DNA of 64,000 nucleotides, taken from contig VBFH01000036.1 of NCBI GenBank assembly GCA_005883575.1, positions 2,523 to 66,522 of the forward strand. The letters are read 5' to 3'. Position numbers and translations under genes: made by a program. Positions 43,819-55,996 of this stretch are shown here, one piece after another (the first letter of the stretch is position 1; each line of letters begins with the position of its first letter). A model generated the notes under the pieces. The model did not search any database and was not told the origin of the DNA. It saw nothing but the letters and a program-made list of their open reading frames with translations. Origin of the DNA: Chloroflexota bacterium (lineage in GTDB: Bacteria > Chloroflexota > Dormibacteria > Dormibacterales > Dormibacteraceae).

Positions 43819-44651
43819 GACGACTGGGACGATGTTCGTTTCCAGACCCGGTTGAGGCTTCCGGTCGAATAACCCTCGAGGTCCGCGGAGGCGAACTTGT
43901 AGCCGGCTTGGCGGACCGCGGCGGCGACGCGCTCCCGCTGGCTGATCAAGCGAGGAATCTCCGCGGCGTCGACCTCGATCCGGGCGACATCGCCGTGATG
44001 CCGCACACGAACCTGCGCGAAACCCAAGGCCTTGATCGCGCTCTCCGCAGCCTCGATCTGGCGGAGCGCCGCGACCGTGACCGGAGTCCCGTGTGGGATG
44101 CGTGACGACAGGCAGGCGAATGACGGCTTGTTCCAGTTGGTCAGGCCGAGAGCGCGCGCGGCGGCGCGGATCTCCGCCTTGGCCATGCCCGCCTCGAGCA
44201 GCGGGAACCGGACACCGCGGCGGACGGCGGATGCGTGTCCAGGGCGGTGATCACCGGCGTCGTCGGCAGTCGCACCGTAGGCGAGATGCCGGAGCCCAAG
44301 CTCTTGCTGCACCGGGGCGAGCGTGTCGAACAACTCTTCCTTGCAGTGGAAGCAGCGGTCGGGATGGTTGCGAGCGTAGGCCTCGAGCTCGACCTCGCTG
44401 GTCCTCACCTCGACCAGCCGGACGCCCATCGAGGCGGCCAGCTCGCGCGCCGCCACCTGCTCGGAGTCGGGATAGGCAGGTGAGCTCGCCAGCACGGCGA
44501 CAGCCCCATCCCCCAGCTCGTCCATGGCCAGCTTCAACAGAAACGTGGAGTCGACCCCGCCTGAGTAGGCGACGAGCACCGAACCGAGGCCACGCACGAT
44601 CCCGCGCGCATTCTTCAACCGGGCCGCGTCAAACGAATCGAGCTGGATCAC
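43815..44651 (-). CDS. larE: PP-loop ATP pyrophosphatase, LarE-like sulfur transferase (TIGR00268-type)
   Basis: VLVAYSGGVDSTFLL PP-loop. Cysteines at CFHC and FACLSSR. The GTG at 44651 follows the moeB stop. Confidence 0.8.
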   Translation of the reverse strand: MIQLDSFDAARLKNARGIVRGLGSVLVAYSGGVDSTFLLKLAMDELGDGAVAVLASSPAYPDSEQVAARELAASMGVRLVEVRTSEVELEAYARNHPDRCFHCKEELFDTLAPVQQELGLRHLAYGATADDAGDHRPGHASAVRRGVRFPLLEAGMAKAEIRAAARALGLTNWNKPSFACLSSRIPHGTPVTVAALRQIEAAESAIKALGFAQVRVRHHGDVARIEVDAAEIPRLISQRERVAAAVRQAGYKFASADLEGYSTGSLNRVWKRTSSQSS

Positions 44652-44665
44652 TCCAGCACTTGAGG

Positions 44666-45511
44666 TTAGCTGGCTCGGGCCTCGGAAGGCTCCATCGCGG
44701 GAGTGCCGCACCAGGCCTCGTAATCGATCAGCGAATCGACCGTCGGGTTTTCTCCGCACAGCGGGCAGGCCTTGTTCCGGCGGAGCCTGAGCTCGCGGAA
44801 CGACATATCCTCACCCTCGAACAAGAGGTAGCGGCCGATCATCGGCCGCCCGATGTCCAGCAGGTACTTGATCGTCTCGAAGGCCATCATGCTGCCGATG
44901 ATTCCGGGCAAGACTCCCAACACACCAGCCTCGGCGCAGCTCTGCACGCTTCCTGGCGGCGGCGGCTCGGGAAACAAGCACCGGTAGCAACCCGTGCCCT
45001 TGGCGGAATCGAAGAGAGCGAGCCGGCCCTCGAAGCGAAAGATGCTGCCGTGGACCAGGGGCTTGGCGAGGAAGTGCGCGGCGTCGTTGGCGAGGTAACG
45101 CGTCGGGAAATTGTCGGTGCCGTCGACGATCACGTCGTAGGGCGCGAAGATCCGCATCGCGGTCTCCGAGTTGAGGTGCTCGTTGAGGGGCACAACCTCG
45201 ACGTCGGGGTTCAAGCTGCGCAGGGTTTCCGCCGCGGACTCCACCTTGGGCCGGCCGATGTCCTCGTGGCCATGCAGAAGTTGGCGCTGGAGGTTCGAGG
45301 CGTCGACGACGTCGAAGTCGACAATGCCGACCCTGCCGACGCCCGCCGCGGCGAGGTACATGGCCGCGGGCGAACCGAGCCCACCCGCCCCCAGGAGTAG
45401 GACGCTCGAGTTGAGCAGCTTGCGCTGGCCGGCGCCGCCGACCTCGGGCAGGATGAGGTGGCGAGCGTAGCGGGCGACCTGGTCGGGGGTGAAATTTCTG
45501 GTGTGAGCCAT
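44666..45511 (-). CDS. moeB: ThiF/MoeB-family E1-like adenylyltransferase
   Basis: RYARHLILPEVGG.GQ..L..S.VLLLGAGGLGSP...YLAAAGVG..GIVD.D.V..SNLQRQ. Zinc cysteines at CYRC and CPLCG. Confidence 0.85.
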   Translation of the reverse strand: MAHTRNFTPDQVARYARHLILPEVGGAGQRKLLNSSVLLLGAGGLGSPAAMYLAAAGVGRVGIVDFDVVDASNLQRQLLHGHEDIGRPKVESAAETLRSLNPDVEVVPLNEHLNSETAMRIFAPYDVIVDGTDNFPTRYLANDAAHFLAKPLVHGSIFRFEGRLALFDSAKGTGCYRCLFPEPPPPGSVQSCAEAGVLGVLPGIIGSMMAFETIKYLLDIGRPMIGRYLLFEGEDMSFRELRLRRNKACPLCGENPTVDSLIDYEAWCGTPAMEPSEARAS

Positions 45512-45565
45512 CTGCTAGGACTATACCCAGGGCCGCTTCGGGGTTATTCCTATAGTGGGGAGGCC

Positions 45566-46453
45566 ATGGAGACCGAATACCTCGACGAAGAGCAGGTGAT
45601 CTCCCTCTACAACAAGGTACGGACCGGCAAGAAAACCTGGCCGACCGGCATATGGAGCTCCCCCGCCGCCTTGCAGTACGCGGTCACCGTCTTCGACTAC
45701 TGGATCCACAACGTCATGGGCTGGAAGGGCTGGCCCGACGCCAGGGGCAAGATCACGCCGGCACTGCTGGAAGAGCATCGCCTGGCCGACCTCGTGGAGT
45801 CGGTTTTCGTGCCCGAGTTCGGCGACGACTGGCTTGACTTCGAGGTCGTGCTCAACGAGAGCATGCGGTTGTCTGAGGACGAAGGCTGGGCGCCCGACGT
45901 TTCAGACCGCCAGGAGCGCGTCGAGGCGGCCTTCGAGCACGCCTTTGAAAAGCTCATCGGATCGCCCAAGCAGCAGCCGAAGCTCCTGCCCACGTATCAC
46001 CGCTTTCGCAACCACCTGCTGCGGATGTGGAGCGCATTTCAAGAGGCCCAGGCGGAGCACGACAAGGCCGAGCGCGAGTCCGCAGAGCGCTTCTGGGCCT
46101 CGCTGCGTCTGGTCCGCAGCAGCCGCGGGCATGCAGCCGAGGCGTGGTCGATCGTCAACGTGGACGACGAGCGACGCGGCGAGGTGGTCATGGTCTGGGG
46201 CGAGCCCCACCCCTACTGCGTGGTCGTGCTCGACGACGATATCGAGGCGGGCAGCTGGGAGCAGGTGATCTACCGGCTCGAGCAGGAGATCCTGGTTGAA
46301 GAACCGGGTGTGGTCAGCTACGCCGTGTGGCACAAGGGTTTCGTCGGCGAGTACTACCGCTGCGCCGACTGCGGCGAGCTGCACAGCCAGTTCGACGAAG
46401 ACACGAGCAACGGCCTGAGGCTGGACGACCTGGAGCCCCCCGAGGAGCGATAG
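45566..46453 (+). CDS. Hypothetical acidic protein, 295 aa
   Basis: GGGGAGG Shine-Dalgarno before the ATG at 45566. Strong GC3 bias. No domain recognised. Confidence 0.65.
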   Translation: METEYLDEEQVISLYNKVRTGKKTWPTGIWSSPAALQYAVTVFDYWIHNVMGWKGWPDARGKITPALLEEHRLADLVESVFVPEFGDDWLDFEVVLNESMRLSEDEGWAPDVSDRQERVEAAFEHAFEKLIGSPKQQPKLLPTYHRFRNHLLRMWSAFQEAQAEHDKAERESAERFWASLRLVRSSRGHAAEAWSIVNVDDERRGEVVMVWGEPHPYCVVVLDDDIEAGSWEQVIYRLEQEILVEEPGVVSYAVWHKGFVGEYYRCADCGELHSQFDEDTSNGLRLDDLEPPEER

Positions 46454-46482
46454 CTCCTCCCTCTCCGTGGGGGGAGAGGGGC

Positions 46483-48732
46483 TTAAGCCTCCACCACCGT
46501 CAGGGAGAAGTTGCGGCCCTCCCAGCCGGTCATGTAGTGCGCGGTCCAGGAAAACTCCGTCCCGACGGCGAGCCTGTGGCAAGGCACCTCGGCGACCCAT
46601 ACGCCCAGCGTCGTGTCAACCGCTTCGATCTCGGTGAACGACTCCCACTGGTCGAATGTGTAATGCACGGCCCCGGGGCGCGGCAACTGCACACGAAGGC
46701 GGCGCCCAGCAACGATGCGGCCGATCTGATGCCGGTGCGACCACACGAACGCCGACTCTTGCGCCGGGCCCTCGGTGTAGCGCCGTCGCGCGGGCATGAC
46801 GATGTCCGGGAAGCCGCCGAGCGCGATCGTGACCAGGAGCTCTAGGTACTCGGCGTGCGCCCAGCCGAGCGGGCACGCCGACCCGTTCGGCTTGCCAAAC
46901 TGCAGCCGGCGGCTGGGGATGTCTGGTCCGTCCCACATCTGCTCCGCCAGCGCCAAACCCTGCCCGGCAAATCCCTCGAGCGTGCGCACCATCTCCGCCG
47001 CCGGGAGCCCCATGGAGAAGAAGTGCCTTGCTCGCTCCGCCGTCAGCACGGGCCACGCGCGCCCGCGGCCGCTTCCGTCCCAGGGCGCGCCGTCCTCCTG
47101 CTCGCCGTATGCGTCACCGACGAAGCGACGCCAGCTCGGTCCGGCCGGAAGGCTGACTTTGAGGGACGTGTCGACGCCCTGCAGGCTGCGAAGCACCCGG
47201 TCGTCCTTCGGCCGGCGCAGCCCGTAGCGCACCAGCTCGAGAAACTCAGGCGCGATGGCGCCCTCTGTTGGGCGGTGGTCAGGGTCTGACGCGAGACGCA
47301 CATACTGCCCCGAAGGCATCGAGCACCAAGCCTCGACGCGGTCGTTCCAGTAGTCGGCGACCGCGCGCAGGTGACTCGCGGCCACATGCTCGCCAGCGTC
47401 GTGCGCGAACTCGCCGGCCACGATCAACGCCGCGATGCATGTCGCCAGCGTCGAGGGCGAAAGCCCGCCGGCGTCCTCCCACCGGTCGAGCGTCGTCAGG
47501 GGGCCCTCGCGGAGGATGAACTGCGCAGCAGGACGGACCATCGTCGGGTATGGATCGTGGTCCAGGCAGCCCGCGACGCCTAGCCGCCATGCGAGCAGGA
47601 TGGGCAGGGCCACCTGGTCGAGCTCAGTCGAAAGCCAGTGGGGCGTCCCCTCCAGTGTCCAGTTCTGATACCAACCGCCATCAGCTCTCTGCTGCGCCTG
47701 CAGGTGTCGGAACGCGCGCAAAGCCGCCTCGCTGTCGCCGGCGTCGAGCAGCGCGGTCGCGATCCGGCAAAGGTCGCGCGGCCACACGAGGTGGTAGACA
47801 TGGTTGCCGTCGTGGTTGGACTCGCCCCAGGGCGCGGCCGGCGCGGCCACGAAGGCGCCTGCGTGCGACTTGTCCTCCAGGCAGTGGAGCATCGCGAAGG
47901 ACGCGCGGGCGAGCATGCCGTCGTCGCCGCTGACTTTGCCCAGCGCCTGCGGGATGTCGGCCTGCGCCCGCCAGGCACGCTCGAACGATTGACGCACCGT
48001 GCCGGCACCTTTCTGGAGCGCGGAGCGGGCGACCTCTTCGGCGTCTGCACGCGTGTGGGCGAAGCCGACGGCGAGCTGAAACGCGCCGGCGCGAACGCCG
48101 ATCTCCGCGCCGACCGAAACGTTGCCCGGACCGGCCCGGTCGTAGGTGTACGTGAACTGGCCGTCTGAGTCGGTGAGGTCGATGTGGACATCGGAGCTGC
48201 GGAAGTATCCGACCGCAGCGCGGCTGAACGGGCCGACGATGCTGATCCAGACGTCTTGCTGCTGCATCAACAGCGCCGGTGGATGCGTGTCGATGACATT
48301 CGCAAAGTTGCCTTCGGTGAAGGGATGCCAGTGCGCTGAGGCCTGCATGAAAAGGCGCAGGTCGGGAAGCTCGGGGGTGAAGGTGGCCGCGACCAACATC
48401 GCGTTCTCCTCGGGGTCGGAGAAGAACTCCTTGGTGAGGCGGTACTCGTGGTGCGTCGTCTCGACTCGAAAAGCCGGCACGCCGGGCGCCAACCAGCTGA
48501 TCGTGTGCTCCCCATCGGCAGAGTCGTCAACAGGCGGGGCCCCGCCGGCCGAGGCGAAGAAGCGGAGCTCATGCAGCGCGACGTGGTCGAGGAAGGGAAA
48601 GAAGACCTCGCTGAGCGTGCCCTCGGCCAGCGTGTACCAGAGCTTGCTCATTGAACCCGGCGCCGCTCCGAACGCCATCTTGCGTCCAGGCCCCCACATC
48701 GGAGGCGCGCCTGGTCCGCCGGGAGCTTCCAT
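46483..48732 (-). CDS. GH15 glucoamylase / glucodextranase family protein
   Basis: N-terminal beta-sandwich (WYTLAEG.LSEVFFP) plus an (alpha/alpha)6 catalytic region (WPRD, LWEE-like WEDAGG, GGWYQNW). Confidence 0.85.
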   Translation of the reverse strand: MEAPGGPGAPPMWGPGRKMAFGAAPGSMSKLWYTLAEGTLSEVFFPFLDHVALHELRFFASAGGAPPVDDSADGEHTISWLAPGVPAFRVETTHHEYRLTKEFFSDPEENAMLVAATFTPELPDLRLFMQASAHWHPFTEGNFANVIDTHPPALLMQQQDVWISIVGPFSRAAVGYFRSSDVHIDLTDSDGQFTYTYDRAGPGNVSVGAEIGVRAGAFQLAVGFAHTRADAEEVARSALQKGAGTVRQSFERAWRAQADIPQALGKVSGDDGMLARASFAMLHCLEDKSHAGAFVAAPAAPWGESNHDGNHVYHLVWPRDLCRIATALLDAGDSEAALRAFRHLQAQQRADGGWYQNWTLEGTPHWLSTELDQVALPILLAWRLGVAGCLDHDPYPTMVRPAAQFILREGPLTTLDRWEDAGGLSPSTLATCIAALIVAGEFAHDAGEHVAASHLRAVADYWNDRVEAWCSMPSGQYVRLASDPDHRPTEGAIAPEFLELVRYGLRRPKDDRVLRSLQGVDTSLKVSLPAGPSWRRFVGDAYGEQEDGAPWDGSGRGRAWPVLTAERARHFFSMGLPAAEMVRTLEGFAGQGLALAEQMWDGPDIPSRRLQFGKPNGSACPLGWAHAEYLELLVTIALGGFPDIVMPARRRYTEGPAQESAFVWSHRHQIGRIVAGRRLRVQLPRPGAVHYTFDQWESFTEIEAVDTTLGVWVAEVPCHRLAVGTEFSWTAHYMTGWEGRNFSLTVVEA

Positions 48733-48789
48733 CGGGTGCTAAGTATGGAGAGAGGCTGGGGTAGATAGAATCGAGCGATCCGCCTGGTC

Positions 48790-48879
48790 GGGGAGGTGGC
48801 TGAGTGGTCGAAAGCACCCGCCTGCTAAGCGGGTAGGGGGTGTGAAACTCCCTCGAGGGTTCGAATCCCTCCCTTCCCG
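48790..48879 (+). tRNA. tRNA-Ser (anticodon GCU), long variable arm, CCA not encoded
   Basis: Acceptor GGGGAGG/CCTTCCC, anticodon stem CCGCC/GGCGG with loop CTGCTAA, long extra arm, and T arm GAGGG-TTCGAAT-CCCTC. Confidence 0.9.
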
Positions 48880-48946
48880 CTTGCGGCAAGCCGGAGCTGA
48901 CCCGGAGTCCGGGTCCGGACGACTGGGGTCTAGATACACGCCGTGG

Positions 48947-49387
48947 CTACACATAGCCCACAACGGTGGCAAATTGCGTGAGCTTGAAGAGCAGCGAGTG
49001 GGAATCGCCATCGGCGCCGAGAACGTAGGTGCCATCAAGGCTGTTATTGCAGGCGCCTGCATTCCCGAAAGCGGCCGCACACCAGTGGTCAGCAACCAGA
49101 CGTCCGTCCGGCAACCACGTGTCAGATAAGTAGTCCAGCGGACCGAATGGCATGGCGCTCGATGACGTGAGATCGGCGACGGCTAGCTGGTAATTCAACA
49201 TCGGATCTGTGGATCCAATCCGGACGGCCATAAGCCGCTTGCCGTCGGGCGAAACCGCAACCCTCGTGTAGCCGCCGGTGTCGTACCGCTCTCCGTCCAC
49301 GCCGCTCGAAACCTGAATCACGTTGTGCTGACCGGATGGAGACCGCACCTCAATACGACCTTGCGGGTTCAACTGGCGGCAAATCAT
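48947..49387 (-). pseudogene. PD40/TolB-like beta-propeller fragment
   Basis: VAVSPDGKRLMAV repeat motif. Related-looking sequence continues upstream in two other frames. GC3 is lower than in neighbouring genes. Confidence 0.35.
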
Positions 49388-49915
49388 CGTGCCGTCGTCG
49401 AGTACTGCGTGAACCTGCGACGGAAGGACCCCTCCGTTCCCGCCATGTCATGCCTCACGAGATCGTGGGCGACCTCGTCTACCCGGTGGCGTGATACGGC
49501 CGGCGCGATATGCGATGAAATTGGTCGCCGATTTAGGTAGCTGGCCGTGCAGTTCGTTCATGGCGAACCCCAGTCGGAGGTGTTAATTCAGATCACGTGA
49601 TCAATTGGCAGCCGATGTGGGTTAACCATTCGGGTCGGGCGTCGGGGCCGCGTTCCGCGAAGACAGGAGCAAGGGTGGGGGCGTCCGACCCAATCCCGTG
49701 GGCAATTTGTCTATAGCCAGTGAGGGTGTCTCGGAGTAGGCTGGCTACGGGAATTGGGGTAGCAAAGGGCGGAGCCACAGAGGACGTGCATCCTCGGCCT
49801 AGATTCGGGAAGGGACGCCGCCCGCCAGCCCCAAACACCCTGTGCTTGGCCCTCGGCCTGATCAGCCGGGGGTCAAGTTTCATCTTCCAGCCCTCCGACC
49901 CTACAAGCGTCGCAC

Positions 49916-50140
49916 CTAGCTGATCAGTTCCCGCTTCAACTTCAGCGCCAGCGCCTCGAACATGCGGGCCTTTCTTCGATCCGTCCCGCCGGCGTCGGCC
50001 TTCCGCGCCAGACCTCTGTCACTTCGCCTGGCAGCGCTTCGCACGACCCTCGAGCGCGAATCGCGATAGAACGCGGCCTCCTCCAGCGCCTCGAGCACCA
50101 ACGCCCACTCTTCACGGCTGAGCTCGACCGAGCCCGCCAA
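49916..50140 (-). CDS. Small hypothetical protein (74 aa)
   Basis: TTG start with moderate GC3 bias. No known motif. Confidence 0.3.
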   Translation of the reverse strand: MAGSVELSREEWALVLEALEEAAFYRDSRSRVVRSAARRSDRGLARKADAGGTDRRKARMFEALALKLKRELIS

Positions 50141-50157
50141 GATGGCCGTCAGTAGGC

Positions 50158-50580
50158 CTAGCTACGCATTGGCGCCGCTGGCTGGTACGCCGCCGGGAGC
50201 GGAGTGCCGACCTCGTTCGAGTCGACCTCGACGATTTCATCCTTCATCGGTCCAAGCATTCCGAGCAGCTCATCCTGCTCAGCCTTGCCGACGTGAATCT
50301 GATTCAAGGTCGCGACGAGGTCCTCCACCAGGGCATCGAACTCACCGTTCGTGACCGCCATCCGAGCATGCGCCTCTTTCATGCTGCGGCCGGTGTACTT
50401 GTTCGGTCCACCCGCCGCCTCGGCGACCTGATCGATCAGCATCTTCGTGAGCCGCGCCAGGTCCGTCTTCACAAATTTCTGATTGATGCGATCGTCTGCC
50501 GCCACGCGGTCGCGAAACGCCTCGACGACTGCAGTGATCGCGCCGATCCCACCCAGCCTTTCGTACAGCGAACGTTCCAT
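50158..50580 (-). CDS. Truncated (2-on-2) haemoglobin, group I-like
   Basis: [36 protein letters not shown]...H. GGAGG Shine-Dalgarno before the ATG at 50580. Confidence 0.85.
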   Translation of the reverse strand: MERSLYERLGGIGAITAVVEAFRDRVAADDRINQKFVKTDLARLTKMLIDQVAEAAGGPNKYTGRSMKEAHARMAVTNGEFDALVEDLVATLNQIHVGKAEQDELLGMLGPMKDEIVEVDSNEVGTPLPAAYQPAAPMRS

Positions 50581-50705
50581 CAGCGCACCTCCAGAGTGAC
50601 TGATCCTGAGGCTGTATTGCTGGTGCTCACTATTGAGCCGATCTGGCGACGTGTCAATAGAGCGGATTCGGGCGCTGCCAGAACGCCGCCGATTAGACTG
50701 CGAGC

Positions 50706-52174
50706 GTGACGGGGCGCGCCGCAAAGGTCATCGTGCTCGCCACGATCCTCCTGACGGGCTGCACGCTCAACTCGCCCAAAGCATCGCACAGCCCGACTGC
50801 CTCCCCTGCGCCGTCCAAGATCGCCTGGACGGACTGCGGGGGCGGCTTTCAATGCGGCACTCTTCAGGTGCCGCTCGATTACTCGCATCCGGATGGGCGC
50901 AAGATCTCGCTCGCTCTGGTTCGGAAGCCGGCGACGCAACAAGCCGGCCGGATCGGCTCGCTGCTCTTCAACCCGGGTGGTCCCGGCGAATCGGGAATCG
51001 AGTTCTTGCGCAGCGACATCGGGTCGCTCAGCAATCTCAATCGCCGCTTCGACCTTGTGGCTTGGGATCCGAGAGGCGTGGCAGCGAGCACGCCAGTCAC
51101 ATGCGTCGACGGTCCGCAGCTGGACGCCTACCTGGCGCTCGATTCGGTTCTCGACGATCCCCAAGAAAAGCAGGCGGCGATCAAGTCCGACCAGGATTTC
51201 GCCGCGGCATGCGAGAGGCGGAGCGGCGACCTCTTGCCTTTCATGGACACGGCGAGCACGGCCAACGACATGGACCAGATTCGCGCGGCAGCTGGCGACG
51301 AAAAGCTGACCTACCTGGGTTTTTCCTACGGCACCTACATCGGCCAGTGGTATGCACACCTGTTTCCCAGCCGAGTGCGAGCCCTCTCGCTCGACGGCGT
51401 TCTGGACCCGACCGTCTCTGCCAACGACAGCGTGCTGGCCCAGGTCGCCGGTTTCGAGCAGAACCTGCAGGCATTCCTGGCGGACTGTAAGTCGCGATCC
51501 TCGTGCGCCTACGCCCGGTCGGGGGATCCCGGCACCAAGCTGAACGCCGCGATGGCTCGCCTGGATGCGAATCCCCTGCGGGTCAGAAATCGGCAGCTGA
51601 CGCGATCGCTCGCAATGACCGGCGTGCTCGTCACCCTCTACAGCCAGACCACGTGGAGACTTCTTGACCAGGGACTGACCGCCCTCGACAACGGCGATGG
51701 GAGCAGCCTGCTTTTCCTGGCCGATTTCCTCAACCAGCGGAAATCGGATGGCACCTACGGCAACCTGTTCAACGGCGCCTACCAGTCCGCTTACTGCCTG
51801 GACTTCGCTGTGCCAACCGATGTCGCGGCCTACGACCGGCTTGGTCCCGACTTTGCCAAAGCCTCGCCGTTCTTTGGACCGTGGCTCCAGTACTCGAACC
51901 TACAGTGCGCGTACTGGCCGGTCAGGCCGAAGCACGGCCAGGAGTCGCTAACGGTGAGCGGCACGCCGCCGATCCTGCTCGTCGGCGGCACCAACGACCC
52001 TGCGACGCCGTACGCCGAGGCACAGTCGGTCAACCGGCAGATCGCCGGCTCGGTCTTGCTCACCCGTCGAGGCAATGGCCATACGTCGTACGACGCAAGC
52101 CGATGCGCGCACGCAGCCGAGGACGCGTACTTGATCGATCTGACGGTTCCACCGGCAGGGACGATTTGCTCTAG

Positions 52175-52178
<4 letters not shown>
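50706..52178 (+). CDS. Secreted lipoprotein alpha/beta hydrolase (tripeptidyl aminopeptidase, S33-like)
   Basis: Lipobox [20 protein letters not shown] nucleophile elbow. C-terminal TAP-like region. Confidence 0.85.
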
Positions 52179-54787
<2,609 letters not shown>

Positions 54788-54825
54788 CAACGGGGGGCCA
54801 AACAGGTTCACCGTATCTTGCAGGC

Positions 54826-55653
54826 ATGCCCGAGCTACCCGAGCTGGAAGCGCTGCGGATCCGGATCGGTCCGCGGGTCGAGGGCAGGCTGATCACCGCA
54901 GCCTCGGTGAATCCCAAGAAGGCGCACCTGCTGCGCTACCCGGTCGACAATTTCGCCCTGGACCTGCCGGCGCGGCGCATCACCTCGCTGACCAGGCGCG
55001 GCAAGCACATGGTTTTCGCAACCGAGCTTGGCGGGGGTGGCGCGCCACGCTGGCTGGTCATCAACCCCATGCTCGGCGGGCGTTTTCAGATGGCCGGCGG
55101 CGACACGGCTGTGCCCTCCACCGAGGTGTTCACGCTGCGGATCGAGGGCAAGCAGGAGCTGCGCTACCTCGACTTTCGGGACATGGGGCGGATCTACTGG
55201 GTGGGCGATTGCTCGCAGGAAGTCCCGGGGTGGGATCTCCAGGGACCCGAGGCCGACTCCGTCGCCCCAATGGGCCTGGATGTGTTTCGCACGCGGCTGC
55301 GTCGATTCCGGGACGAGCTGAAAGACCTGCTTCGAAACCAGGAGTTCCTGGCCGGGGTCGGAAACGCCTATTCGGACGAGATCCTGTTCGAGGCGCGGTT
55401 GCTGCCGCTTAGGCGGCGCGCGTCGCTGAAGCCGGAGGAGGAAGAGGCGCTCTTCCGAGCCATTCCTCTCGTCCTGTCACGCGCGGTCGACGTGATCCTT
55501 GCGAATCCCAACTACGAGGAGTCCAAGCAGGATCGGACGTTCATGGCGGTGCATATGAAGGGGGGCAAAACATGCCCCAGGTGCGGGCACCGGATCAGCC
55601 AGATCGGGTCCAACCGCGAGCCGCTCAACTTCTGCCGGGGCTGCCAGCTCTAG
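54826..55653 (+). CDS. Fpg/Nei-family DNA glycosylase/AP lyase
   Basis: N-terminal MPELPE. H2TH region. C-terminal zinc finger CPRCG-x16-CRGC. Confidence 0.85.
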   Translation: MPELPELEALRIRIGPRVEGRLITAASVNPKKAHLLRYPVDNFALDLPARRITSLTRRGKHMVFATELGGGGAPRWLVINPMLGGRFQMAGGDTAVPSTEVFTLRIEGKQELRYLDFRDMGRIYWVGDCSQEVPGWDLQGPEADSVAPMGLDVFRTRLRRFRDELKDLLRNQEFLAGVGNAYSDEILFEARLLPLRRRASLKPEEEEALFRAIPLVLSRAVDVILANPNYEESKQDRTFMAVHMKGGKTCPRCGHRISQIGSNREPLNFCRGCQL

Positions 55654-55749
55654 GAGCACACACCCCTCGCGGGTTCCCTCCCTTCGGTTCCGGTTCCCTC
55701 CCCCGCCGGCCAACCGGCCTCAGCGTATCGGGCCCGTCAACCCAGCTTG

Positions 55750-55974
55750 TTAAGCCCGGTGCCCCGCTCCGGCTAGGTTCCCAGCGATGCTTTCGAGAAG
55801 GCGCTGCGACGCGAGCGTGATCTCGTCGACGGCTCCCTCGAAGGCGGCAGAGTGCCGCGCCGTCGGCTCGCGGAACCCGCTCACCTTGCGGACGAACTGT
55901 CGCGCCGCGGCGCGGATCTCGTCATCGGCGGCGATGACGTCGGAGTGGCGCAGGGTCTTGATGCTTCGACACAT
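55750..55974 (-). CDS. DUF2277-family small protein
   Basis: MCRSIKTL....DDEIRAAARQFVRKVSGF matches the DUF2277 N-terminus as I recall it. Confidence 0.7.
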   Translation of the reverse strand: MCRSIKTLRHSDVIAADDEIRAAARQFVRKVSGFREPTARHSAAFEGAVDEITLASQRLLESIAGNLAGAGHRA

Positions 55975-55996
55975 TGCTCACAACGATAGACATGAC

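Noticed and set aside
49400-49915. A possible riboswitch or structured RNA (cobalamin, SRP, tmRNA-like) in the ORF-free stretch, and the 96-aa ORF 49593-49883(-).
   Set aside because: None of the conserved cores I know (B12 box, SRP GGAA/AGCA motif, tmRNA ends) are present. The ORF has no GC3 bias or motif.
48860-50160. A direct repeat of the tRNA-Ser 3' end that would mark an integrated-element boundary.
   Set aside because: I could not find a copy of the TTCGAATCCCTCC... segment downstream by eye. This needs a computational repeat search.
54788-54900. A heat-shock operator (HAIR or CIRCE) upstream of clpB.
   Set aside because: No CTTGAGT-N7-ACTCAAG or TTAGCACTC-N9-GAGTGCTAA-like inverted repeat is visible in or near the tiny clpB-fpg spacer.
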